From an uncultured Alphaproteobacteria bacterium (GTDB lineage Bacteria; Pseudomonadota; Alphaproteobacteria; RF32; CAG-239): 64,000 bases of DNA. Below the pieces are notes generated by a model, which saw only the letters and a list, made by a program, of their open reading frames with translations, ran no database searches and was not told the origin of the DNA. Of the stretch, positions 10,005-18,677 are shown one piece after another (position 1 is the first letter of the stretch; every line of letters starts with the position of its first letter). The translations under genes and the position numbers were made by a program. The stretch lies in assembly GCA_944393685.1 (NCBI GenBank), contig CALYAW010000001.1, positions 36,023-100,022 of the forward strand, read 5' to 3'.

Positions 10005-11704
10005 TATTCGACTGCCTTAAGAATAGCGTTTTTGTAACATTCTGGAATACACACTTCGGGACAACGCTCGCCAATACACTCTCCAAATACAACAGTTTTA
10101 TTATTTTGAAAAAATGAAACATACATATATTTTAAAATTTCATCTGGATATTGGTATGAAGCGAATTGGTAATCTTGTTCTTCTAATGGAGGATTTAGTG
10201 CGTACTGCTTATTAAGTTTAGCAACAGAACTTCTTTGAATTATATTACACCTATAATCATTCTGAATAACCTTTAGAACTTCAATTCCGTCATCATTATA
10301 TAAATTAAAAACTATTTCACTATCAAAACATTTAGTTTGCGTAACAAACATATAATCTTTAAAATGTGTAATATCTTGATCTTTATTACCTCTTTGATAT
10401 TCATCATATTTATCTTTATCAAAAATAAGTATAGGTTGTATATTAAATTTCTCAAACAAATAAGCTAATGGAAAAATACTATTAGCGCCAGATGCCTTTA
10501 CGATAGCAACACCATAATCATCCAAATTGATTTTTAATGTTTTTGCAAAGCTATACAAGGCGCCCTGTTCACTATCACCTTCCACTAATATAACTTTTTT
10601 TGCAAACAAAGCCTCTTTAACGTAGGTTAGTGCTTTATACCAATGTTTTTCTTCCGATGTTATTGAAATATCGGCACCACATACAGCTTTTACTTTGGAT
10701 TCGTCTTTATATAAACGAATGATTTGTTTATAGTTATTTTCGACAATTTCTCTGGAATGGGTTGTCAGCAATATTTGAGCAGAAAAATGATCAATATCAA
10801 ATAGTTCTTTTATAATTGCATTAAAATCATCATCTTCTCCTTTTGCAATCTTTTTGATATTGTACAATATGCTTCTTTGTAAAAAAGGACTTAGATGTAT
10901 CTCAGGTTCATCAAAAGTAATAATACAGGAAAATGTTTTATTATCAGGCAATCCTTTTTTTTCAGAATATCTTAAAATTTTTTCTAAAATAGATAATAAA
11001 ATAAGTATATTAAACTGTACTCCATATCCTGAGCACTCTAAAGGAATGTTCCCTGCTTCGTATAGATCAAAAATTTTGGGTAATAATTCATCTGCATTAT
11101 TAGATACATCTGATTTTATATTAAACTTATTAAAACACGTAAGTTTTTCAAGAATCCCTATAATATAATCATTTAATGAGTTTATATTTTCTTCTACAAG
11201 ATATAATTTAGAAGCATTTTGAGATAAATACCTTCTTATAATATAATTTAAAAATGCTCCTACACCTTTACTCTTTTCAAAAGTTATTTCTGTTTTAGGA
11301 TTTCTTAAAGAATCATATACAATCACATTTAAATTATTAATTATATCTGCTCGTGAAATAGAGTTTCCACTTTCTTTGTGTCTATAGTTAATATAATCAT
11401 CAGGAGTTGCTTGCTCTGCGATAATATTAACTAAATGATGGTCGTCTGGATCAAAATAATCATCAAAAGCACCTAATTCTTCATCCGAGAGTTTTAATGT
11501 AAAAGAAATAACCAGTGGCTTACTTTTATCATAAAAATCTATTTCATCAAATTTCTTACCCGTTAATACAGATGTAATAGCATATAATAAATTTGATTTT
11601 CCAATATTGTTTTCACCAACAATTGAACAAATTTCATCAGAGAAAATCGTTGATATTCCTGACAAATTTCTAAAATTTTCAATAGTCAATTTTGATATTT
11701 TCAT
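10004..11704 (-). CDS. gajA: Gabija GajA, OLD-family ABC ATPase fused to Toprim nuclease
   Basis: 566 aa. Walker A GENNIGKSNLL, Walker B TFDEPEIHLSP, H-loop LLTTHS, Toprim VILVEGDSEQ plus DxD (FDKDKYD). Directly upstream of and coupled to the UvrD-like gene, which is the diagnostic Gabija architecture. Confidence 0.8.
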   Translation of the reverse strand: MKISKLTIENFRNLSGISTIFSDEICSIVGENNIGKSNLLYAITSVLTGKKFDEIDFYDKSKPLVISFTLKLSDEELGAFDDYFDPDDHHLVNIIAEQATPDDYINYRHKESGNSISRADIINNLNVIVYDSLRNPKTEITFEKSKGVGAFLNYIIRRYLSQNASKLYLVEENINSLNDYIIGILEKLTCFNKFNIKSDVSNNADELLPKIFDLYEAGNIPLECSGYGVQFNILILLSILEKILRYSEKKGLPDNKTFSCIITFDEPEIHLSPFLQRSILYNIKKIAKGEDDDFNAIIKELFDIDHFSAQILLTTHSREIVENNYKQIIRLYKDESKVKAVCGADISITSEEKHWYKALTYVKEALFAKKVILVEGDSEQGALYSFAKTLKINLDDYGVAIVKASGANSIFPLAYLFEKFNIQPILIFDKDKYDEYQRGNKDQDITHFKDYMFVTQTKCFDSEIVFNLYNDDGIEVLKVIQNDYRCNIIQRSSVAKLNKQYALNPPLEEQDYQFASYQYPDEILKYMYVSFFQNNKTVVFGECIGERCPEVCIPECYKNAILKAVE

Positions 11705-11734
11705 AAATTAACTCCTAGTAATAGAGAATGAAAC

Positions 11735-12739
11735 TTATTCAATTTCATTCATCTCTTCAAATAGATACGGAGCTACAGAGATTTCCTTTTGTTTTTCAAC
11801 TTTTCTTTTAAATGCCTCTATATTTTTACTAATCTCCATAAGAGCTGAAACCCTACCAATCTGTAAAATAAGGATATTTCTTCCCTCTTCAGTTAACCAC
11901 CTATGAAACTGAGCAATTCTTTTTCCATCTTTTTTTATATTCTTCTTATTAAGTTCTTCTTTTATATATCCGTGCTCTATTGGCTCATACACATATTTAT
12001 TTATAAAGTTTCCATAATACATCGGCCTTTTACGAGAAATAGTGATTCCGTTATTATAAAGACGATCTAGTTCAGCAAAAAAAGCATCCGGAAATGTTTT
12101 AATCCATTTTTGTAAACCTTCTTCAATATATTTTGCTAACAATATCCTTAATGCATCGTGTTTTCTGTCATATTGATAACCCGTTGCTTCATCAATTAAT
12201 GCATCTATACCAACTTGAGCAAAAGCCATTAATAGAATTTCAGATTTCTCTGCAAGTTTCTTTTGTGAAGCTGTTAATTGGTTGTCTCTACGTGCATTGA
12301 GATAAACTTCACACATTTTAGGTAATATACTGGCCAAATAACCTGTTTTTTCTATAGACCCATCAATATATGTGATTGGGGTGGCCTTCTCAATAACTTC
12401 TGAAGTTATATATTTTTCTAAGTTTTTTGCGGCCAAAAATGGAGGTATTTTTGTTCCTTCAATTTCGAGCCTTGAATTCATACCTTTTCTAGTTCGATCA
12501 AAAGCATTAAATATAGATGTTGCGGTTAAAACTCTCCGACCATCATCTAATACAGCACAATCTATTTCCACATCGCCAATAGGAAGCACTCCAGTATATA
12601 GAGCCTTAGGAAAATTGCTTTCATTAGTAGCACTTTTTTGCCATCTTGATTGCGCCGCTTTTATTGCTATCTCTCTACGTTGTTCTGATGATAATTTTTT
12701 TGCTCTAACCTTACCACCTTTAATTTGATTTACATTCAT
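11735..12739 (-). CDS. Hypothetical protein, phage P63C-domain-like, with basic N-terminal DNA-binding-like helix
   Basis: 334 aa. N-terminus MNVNQIKGGKVRAKKLSSEQRREIAIKAAQSRW is a motif I recall from phage P63C-domain and related proteins. 31 bp downstream of gajA on the same strand. Confidence 0.4.
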   Translation of the reverse strand: MNVNQIKGGKVRAKKLSSEQRREIAIKAAQSRWQKSATNESNFPKALYTGVLPIGDVEIDCAVLDDGRRVLTATSIFNAFDRTRKGMNSRLEIEGTKIPPFLAAKNLEKYITSEVIEKATPITYIDGSIEKTGYLASILPKMCEVYLNARRDNQLTASQKKLAEKSEILLMAFAQVGIDALIDEATGYQYDRKHDALRILLAKYIEEGLQKWIKTFPDAFFAELDRLYNNGITISRKRPMYYGNFINKYVYEPIEHGYIKEELNKKNIKKDGKRIAQFHRWLTEEGRNILILQIGRVSALMEISKNIEAFKRKVEKQKEISVAPYLFEEMNEIE

Positions 12740-12892
12740 ATTTATACCTCTTTTTTATGCTTGCTGATATTTTTTATATTGCATGCTTGCTATAGAGTCA
12801 AGAATTTTTCTTTTAACTAATTTAATGATTGTGTTTTCAATAATCGCCAGTATAATTTCAATATATTAGTAAAAACAACATAGGAAATAGCT

Positions 12893-13606
12893 ATGACTGA
12901 GGCAGAAAAAAGAGAAATACTAGCAAAAGCAAAGGATTTTTTTAGAGAGAAAATTGTTGATAATCATAAAAGGAATACAGAAAGATTAGGTAAATTATCG
13001 GCTTTTCAACCGAATCCTTTTTTAGAAAAATATCTAGCAAACTTTGCTTTTGGTAATTGTAACGCTTCTAGCATAGCAAAGGCTTTAATATATCCTAGGG
13101 TTTTAGGAACATCAATAAATACTACATTCGGTACACAAATGCAGGCTTTTTGCAAAGATGTGCTTAGTGGTTTTGCATCCACTACTCCTGGTATAGATAT
13201 TGAATTTATTGACCAAATAGATAATCGCCGCAAATATTGCCAAATAAAAGCTGGGCCTAACACCATTAATAATGATGATATTACAACTATTAAAAATCAT
13301 TTTGAATCTATTCGTCGTATAGCCCGCACCAATGGTTTACGAGAATTTAATGCTGATATTGATTGTATTGTTGGTGTTTTTTATGGAAAAAGTGATGATT
13401 TATCACAAATGTATCGGACAATTGATCGTTCGCATCCAGTATATGTCGGCAAAGATTTTTGGCACCATTTAACCGGGGATCCCAGCTTTTATGATGAATT
13501 AATAAATGAAATTGCGTCTATTGCAACAGAGGTTGATGGAACCGAATTATTAAATAATGTAATTAGGCAGCTATCTACAGAAATAGAAGAAAAATATAAT
13601 CAATAA
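12893..13606 (+). CDS. Putative type II restriction endonuclease (candidate partner of the downstream C5-methyltransferase)
   Basis: 237 aa, no recognisable housekeeping identity. Sits immediately upstream of an HTH-fused m5C methyltransferase with the regulatory palindrome in between. Possible PD-(D/E)xK-like FID...CQIK segment. Assignment is mainly by context. Confidence 0.4.
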   Translation: MTEAEKREILAKAKDFFREKIVDNHKRNTERLGKLSAFQPNPFLEKYLANFAFGNCNASSIAKALIYPRVLGTSINTTFGTQMQAFCKDVLSGFASTTPGIDIEFIDQIDNRRKYCQIKAGPNTINNDDITTIKNHFESIRRIARTNGLREFNADIDCIVGVFYGKSDDLSQMYRTIDRSHPVYVGKDFWHHLTGDPSFYDELINEIASIATEVDGTELLNNVIRQLSTEIEEKYNQ

Positions 13607-13635
13607 CGATATTTTAACTTATCTACAGCTATCTT

Positions 13636-13665
13636 AATAACCCTTGCATATATGCAAGGGTTATT
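13636..13665. promoter_or_regulatory. Perfect 30-bp palindrome between the R candidate and the M gene (candidate operator for the MTase HTH and/or terminator)
   Basis: AATAACCCTTGCATA|TATGCAAGGGTTATT, 15-bp perfect arms, followed by TTTTATTGTT, 33 bp before the MTase ATG. Confidence 0.6.
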
Positions 13666-13698
13666 TTATTGTTCCTTTATTGAATCAAGGAGTGTCTT

Positions 13699-14943
13699 AT
13701 GCAGTTATCTATTCATGAAGTTAGCCAAAAACTTAATCTTTCAATTGATACAATCAGACGATGGGAAAAAAAAGGTCTTATAAAAGCAGAAAGATCGGAT
13801 AAAAACCATAGAATTTTTGATGAAGATGAAGTAAAAGCACTTCTAAAAAAATTAAACGACAAATCTGAAGCAGAATTTAAAGTATTAAAAAACAAAACAC
13901 CATCCCCTTATACTGCAATAGAATTATTTGCTGGAGCCGGAGGAACAGCTTTAGGCTTTGAAAATGCTGGAATACACCATGTACTTCTAAATGAATTTGA
14001 TAAAAACTGCGTAGAAACCTTAAGAAATAACTTCCCTAAAGGCACAAATATTGTTCATGCTGATATACATAATGTCGATTTTTCATCATGGAAAGGTAAA
14101 GTTGATATCGTGCAAGCTGGTTTCCCTTGCCAAGCCTTTAGTTATGCGGGAAAAAGCATGGGTTTTGAAGACACACGAGGAACCTTATTTTTTGAATTTG
14201 CTCGTTGTGTTAAAGAAACCATGCCCAAAATTGCTGTTGGTGAGAACGTCAAAGGATTATTAAAACACGATAACGGCAGAACGCTTCAAACTATGGTAAA
14301 TACTTTAACGGAACTTGGTTATAATGTAAGATATAAAGTACTTAGAGCACAATATTTGGATGTCCCTCAAAAAAGAGAGCGATTAATTATAATTGGAATT
14401 AGAAAAGACTTAGATATACCTTTCATTTTTCCCAAAGAAAAAAATTATACCGTTTCTTTAAGATCAGCATTAAAAAATTGCCCAAAATCTGAAGGACAAA
14501 GCTACCCTAAAAGAAAAGCTGAGATTCTCTCACAGGTTCCAGAGGGAGGATACTGGCGAGATCTTCCGATAGGGTTACAAAAAGAATATATGAAAGGAAG
14601 TTTTTACCTTTCTGGAGGAAAAACAGGTATGGCAAGACGTCTTTCCTGGGATGAACCCAGCCTAACTCTAACCTGTGCACCGGCACAAAAACAAACAGAA
14701 CGATGTCACCCAGAAGAAACTCGGCCATTGACTATTAGAGAATATGCAAGGATTCAATCTTTTCCAGATACTTGGGAATTTAAGGGATCTATGGGAGCTC
14801 AATACAAACAAATAGGGAATGCTGTACCAGTAAATTTAAGTTATCACATTGGCCGCTGTTTGATTGCTATGCTTGATAAAAACTATGATATTGAAGATGC
14901 TGTTATTGAAGATAATACAAGCCATTTATCTAAAGCTGCATAA
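13699..14943 (+). CDS. DNA (cytosine-5)-methyltransferase with N-terminal HTH domain
   Basis: 414 aa. N-terminal MerR/excisionase-like HTH (LSIDTIRRWEKKGLIKAER). m5C MTase motif I IELFAGAGGTALGF, motif IV GFPCQAFSYAGK, motif VI ENVKGL, motif X QIGNAVPV. Confidence 0.9.
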   Translation: MQLSIHEVSQKLNLSIDTIRRWEKKGLIKAERSDKNHRIFDEDEVKALLKKLNDKSEAEFKVLKNKTPSPYTAIELFAGAGGTALGFENAGIHHVLLNEFDKNCVETLRNNFPKGTNIVHADIHNVDFSSWKGKVDIVQAGFPCQAFSYAGKSMGFEDTRGTLFFEFARCVKETMPKIAVGENVKGLLKHDNGRTLQTMVNTLTELGYNVRYKVLRAQYLDVPQKRERLIIIGIRKDLDIPFIFPKEKNYTVSLRSALKNCPKSEGQSYPKRKAEILSQVPEGGYWRDLPIGLQKEYMKGSFYLSGGKTGMARRLSWDEPSLTLTCAPAQKQTERCHPEETRPLTIREYARIQSFPDTWEFKGSMGAQYKQIGNAVPVNLSYHIGRCLIAMLDKNYDIEDAVIEDNTSHLSKAA

Positions 14944-15068
14944 CTTTAAATATACAGATGCTTATGTGCAAAGAGATAATTATCTACAAGTTAAAAAATA
15001 TATTAATAAAGTAAGAAATATAGATCTTAATGCTTAAGCATCCAGAAAATAATAGAAAAATACTTGAG

Positions 15069-15389
15069 TTATTTCAAAACTTCAACAAATTTGGATAAGG
15101 TATGAATTTGTTCATCCGAAAGGTGCCTAATATTTGCAATCAACAAGGACTCTTCAGCTGCACGTTTGGGACTAATGTTGTCATCAACATTATCATCTAA
15201 AATCATGCTTAATCGGCAATTAAGAGCTTTTGCAATATCGACCAAGGTCTCAAAATGTGGATAATTGACACCTCTTTCTATGTTTGATATAGCCTCAACA
15301 GAAACATCGCAACGCTCAGCTAAAACTTCTTGTGTCATTTTAGCCGCTTGTCTAATAGCCTTAATTCTCAACCCGATCTTTTTCTTCAT
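15069..15389 (-). CDS. XRE (Cro/C1)-family HTH transcriptional regulator
   Basis: 106 aa. LRIKAIRQAAKMTQEVLAERCDVSVEAISNIERGVNYPHFETLVDIAKAL is a canonical XRE HTH. Divergent from the 4-gene operon. Confidence 0.85.
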   Translation of the reverse strand: MKKKIGLRIKAIRQAAKMTQEVLAERCDVSVEAISNIERGVNYPHFETLVDIAKALNCRLSMILDDNVDDNISPKRAAEESLLIANIRHLSDEQIHTLSKFVEVLK

Positions 15390-15406
15390 GTTTTACCCCA
15401 CAATTA

Positions 15407-15484
15407 GAAGTTTAACTTAAAGTTTTTGCTTGAAAACGGAGTAAAACTTGTATAATTTTTATGTAATAGAAGTTTTACTTAATA
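15407..15484 (+). promoter_or_regulatory. Divergent promoter region with direct-repeat candidate operators
   Basis: TTGAAA (15430-35) ... TATAAT (15451-56). Flanked by direct repeats AGAAGTTTAACTTAA (15407-21) and AGAAGTTTTACTTAA (15469-83). Confidence 0.45.
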
Positions 15485-15509
15485 AAATAAAAATCTATAG
15501 GCTAACATA

Positions 15510-16406
15510 ATGAAAAATCGAGCAATGTCTGAAAAATTTTTTTATGAGTTTAAAAGCGGAAAGTATCAAAACATCCTACAAACTGTAAAGCAAGACGATG
15601 ATTTAATTATGTGCCTGCGAGGTGATTATATTACCATATATTATAAGAGTATGCGTATATTGGAAATATCCGAAAATGGCGAATATGATGTTGATAAAAA
15701 CTACGGCATTATTCCTCCAAACGATGATACAAATTGGATAGAATATTTCAAAAATGCAAAATTTGCCTTGAGTTCCTACAATAAAACTAAACAAATTAAT
15801 AAACTTGAAAAGGAAGTTCAACAAGCGATTGTTAAAGAAAACAACACAAGCTCTATCTGCAATGAAACCGATTACTTTATTATTGATATAGAATATACTC
15901 AGCCGGAATTTGATGGTAGATTTGATGCATTAGCTGTCTATTGGCCTAAAAACAAACGCAAAAACGGCCATGACCTACAACTAGCGTTTATTGAAGTTAA
16001 AGCCGGCAATAATGCTATTGGAGGGACTTCCGGTATTGTAAAGCATTATGAATCGGTTATTGAATTTTTGAATAATCTTACCAAGAATAATGAAAAAGAA
16101 CAATTTATCCAAGATATTGAAAAAGTGATAGCTCAACAGCGAGACTTGGGATTATGGAATATTCCTCATAATAAACACGAAATAACTTTGTCTCGCTCAA
16201 CCAAGCCTCAATTAATTTTTATTCTTGCCAACTATAATCAAAACTCAACAGTATTACGCAATGAATTAAATCTTTTTCCCAGTATTAACAAGAAATATAG
16301 TAATGAGCTTCCTTTTGAATTGAAATTTGCTACGTCATCTTTTGTCGGATATGGCTTATATAGTAACGGAATGATTAATATAGATAATATATTAGATAAA
16401 AAATAA
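15510..16406 (+). CDS. PD-(D/E)xK nuclease-like protein (first gene of novel 4-gene operon)
   Basis: 298 aa. Core strands FDGRFDALAVYW ... LAFIEVKAG give D...ExK spacing typical of the restriction-endonuclease-like fold. No housekeeping match recognised. Confidence 0.5.
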   Translation: MKNRAMSEKFFYEFKSGKYQNILQTVKQDDDLIMCLRGDYITIYYKSMRILEISENGEYDVDKNYGIIPPNDDTNWIEYFKNAKFALSSYNKTKQINKLEKEVQQAIVKENNTSSICNETDYFIIDIEYTQPEFDGRFDALAVYWPKNKRKNGHDLQLAFIEVKAGNNAIGGTSGIVKHYESVIEFLNNLTKNNEKEQFIQDIEKVIAQQRDLGLWNIPHNKHEITLSRSTKPQLIFILANYNQNSTVLRNELNLFPSINKKYSNELPFELKFATSSFVGYGLYSNGMINIDNILDKK

Positions 16407-16415
16407 GGGGCTAAA

Positions 16416-17612
16416 ATGAAGGCATGCATTAGAAGAGGAGCAAACCAAATCGGAGGATCTGCTGTTGAAATTATAGCAGATAATCAACAAAGGTTGATTA
16501 TAGATATTGGGTTACCTCTTGATGCAGAGGAAAATACTCAAGACCTTCTTCCTCAAATTGACGGTCTTAAACATAGGACACCTGATTTGCTAGGTATCTT
16601 AATATCTCATCCCCATCAAGATCATTATGCCTTAGGATTACATATTGATAAAGACATCCCTATTTTTATGAGCCATGCGACATCAAAAATAATGGAAGTT
16701 ACCACACAACATAACATTCCTGACGCATTTGTCTTCAACAATATCAATATCTTTGAAAATCAAAAAAGTTTTAAAATCGGGAACTTCAACATTACACCCT
16801 ATTTGGTTGATCATTCGGCCTATGATGCTTATGCTTTTTTAATTGAAGCTGACGGCAAACGTTTGTTTTACAGCGGAGATTTTCGTGCACATGGTCGAAA
16901 ATCCAAATTATTTGAATCATTCATCCAAAATCCTCCGCAACATATAGATACATTATTAATGGAAGGCTCTTGTTTAGGACGAGATAAATCCGAGCAATAC
17001 GAAAGTGAAACCGAGTTGGAAGAAAAGTTTTTTGATATATTTAAGCAAACAAGGGGTATAAGCCTTATTCAAACATCTTCGCAAAACATTGATAGAATTG
17101 TTACCATCTACCGAGCATGCAAAGAAAGTAACCGCACATTGGTAATGTCTGGGTATACAGGACATATTCTGCAATGTTTAGAAAATTCACATTTACCAAA
17201 TTTTACATGGCCAAATGTTAAAAAAATGAGCCAATCAGTTACAAGAAAACATGAAATATCTGTTGAAATGATAGAAAAGTCTCCCGATAAATACACAATC
17301 CTTTTGGGCGGCCAGATATTTAATATGCTAAAAAACAGTTTCCTTTTAAATAATGAAGCTTCATTTATTTATTCCATGTGGGATGGTTATAAAGAACTAT
17401 ATAAAGAGCGACTGGAACTAATTCAAAATAAAGGGGTTAATATGTTTGATATTCACACCTCAGGACATGCAGATATTCCAAGTCTTCAAAAATTTGCATC
17501 AGCTCTTAATCCTCATCAATTGGTTCCGATTCATACTTTTCTCCCACAAGAGTTCAAAAAGCTATTCAATAATGTAGTTATTTATGAAGATAATCAAATA
17601 TTTACAATATAA
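16416..17612 (+). CDS. Metallo-beta-lactamase-fold nuclease of beta-CASP type (RNase J/CPSF73/SNM1-like)
   Basis: 398 aa. HxHxDH motif ISHPHQDHYALG. Downstream DHSAYDAYAF and IDTLLMEGSCLG resemble the DxLIxESTY region. Long C-terminal domain after the MBL core consistent with a beta-CASP insertion. 10 bp after the previous gene. Confidence 0.6.
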   Translation: MKACIRRGANQIGGSAVEIIADNQQRLIIDIGLPLDAEENTQDLLPQIDGLKHRTPDLLGILISHPHQDHYALGLHIDKDIPIFMSHATSKIMEVTTQHNIPDAFVFNNINIFENQKSFKIGNFNITPYLVDHSAYDAYAFLIEADGKRLFYSGDFRAHGRKSKLFESFIQNPPQHIDTLLMEGSCLGRDKSEQYESETELEEKFFDIFKQTRGISLIQTSSQNIDRIVTIYRACKESNRTLVMSGYTGHILQCLENSHLPNFTWPNVKKMSQSVTRKHEISVEMIEKSPDKYTILLGGQIFNMLKNSFLLNNEASFIYSMWDGYKELYKERLELIQNKGVNMFDIHTSGHADIPSLQKFASALNPHQLVPIHTFLPQEFKKLFNNVVIYEDNQIFTI

Positions 17613-17623
17613 GGACAAAGTAA

Positions 17624-18322
17624 ATGGATTTAAAAAACAACTTAGAACTTATAATCGGTGGTATTGCATCTACTGTCGCCATGGCCGCAATTATTTTTAG
17701 ATTTGTCTTTTTTGAAATAGATTTAAGCACAACAGCTGATTTTATAAAAGACTTTTCAGAAATTATTGTATCGGTTTTAGTCTTTTTTGTTGCCGTTAAA
17801 AGTATCTTAAGCCAGAGTAAAAAAAAGGAAACTTTCAAAAAAGTTTTTGATGAAGAGCTTCAAGCATGGATGCAACGCAATCGCCCACTGATTTCTAAAG
17901 AGAACCGTTTTCAGGTTGAAAATGCTGACAGATATTTTATTTTGTCGGATCATGATCACATTTTTGATATTGGAGAAGATTTTCAAGACGACAAAAAGTA
18001 TCAAAAAGGTGTGTTTGTTCAACTTCCCCACACATTTACAACTAATGATAAAATTATTTTCTTTATGAACAAGAGTACATTTATGGCACGAGCAAAGGCT
18101 AAAGACAGCGATGTAGATGCAGAAATAGATAAACTCATATATCGAACTGCAAATTGTATTAGTGCCAAATTTGGTAAAGAATTATTTGAGGCAAGTGGAG
18201 ATCCCAAACATCATCAAATCCATGTCAAAATAAAGACCCGAGATCTTGACACGCCAGAAGATGCCAGAACAATAATAAAAATGCTTGATTATGTAATGAT
18301 TTTATACTTAGCCGCAGCTTAA
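17624..18322 (+). CDS. Two-TM membrane protein with C-terminal soluble domain (third gene of operon)
   Basis: 232 aa. TM1 IIGGIASTVAMAAIIFRFVFF, TM2 IIVSVLVFFVAVKSIL, then about 160 aa charged soluble region. 12 bp after MBL gene. Confidence 0.45.
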   Translation: MDLKNNLELIIGGIASTVAMAAIIFRFVFFEIDLSTTADFIKDFSEIIVSVLVFFVAVKSILSQSKKKETFKKVFDEELQAWMQRNRPLISKENRFQVENADRYFILSDHDHIFDIGEDFQDDKKYQKGVFVQLPHTFTTNDKIIFFMNKSTFMARAKAKDSDVDAEIDKLIYRTANCISAKFGKELFEASGDPKHHQIHVKIKTRDLDTPEDARTIIKMLDYVMILYLAAA

Positions 18323-18351
18323 ATTTTAACTCAAACCGAAAGGAAAAAGAC

Positions 18352-18654
18352 ATGAGAAATTTTAAAATAGAAAGAACCGGAGTCGTTCGAGATGAAAGAG
18401 GAATGAAAGTTGGTACGGTTCAAAGAAATACCCTAAGAGATGCTAGAGGATCCCGCCTCGCAGAAATATCTGGAGATAGAATCAAGGATAGTCGAGGTTT
18501 AACTTTAGGAGAAATTAGCGGCTCAAGAATAAAAACGAGACGAGGAAATACAGTTATGGAAATTGATAAAATTCCTCTTGATTACGAAATGCCAGTTTCT
18601 CCGGCAATGGCCGCAGCAATCATGCATTTTTTTATCAAACCGATTTTTGATTAA
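18352..18654 (+). CDS. Small protein composed of four tandem about 16-aa repeats (fourth gene of operon)
   Basis: 100 aa. Repeats RDERGMKVGTVQRNTL / RDARGSRLAEISGDRI / KDSRGLTLGEISGSRI / KTRRGNTVMEIDKIPL. RBS AAAGGAAAAAG before ATG. Confidence 0.45.
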   Translation: MRNFKIERTGVVRDERGMKVGTVQRNTLRDARGSRLAEISGDRIKDSRGLTLGEISGSRIKTRRGNTVMEIDKIPLDYEMPVSPAMAAAIMHFFIKPIFD

Positions 18655-18677
18655 AATTTCAGCTTAGTTATAATTGA

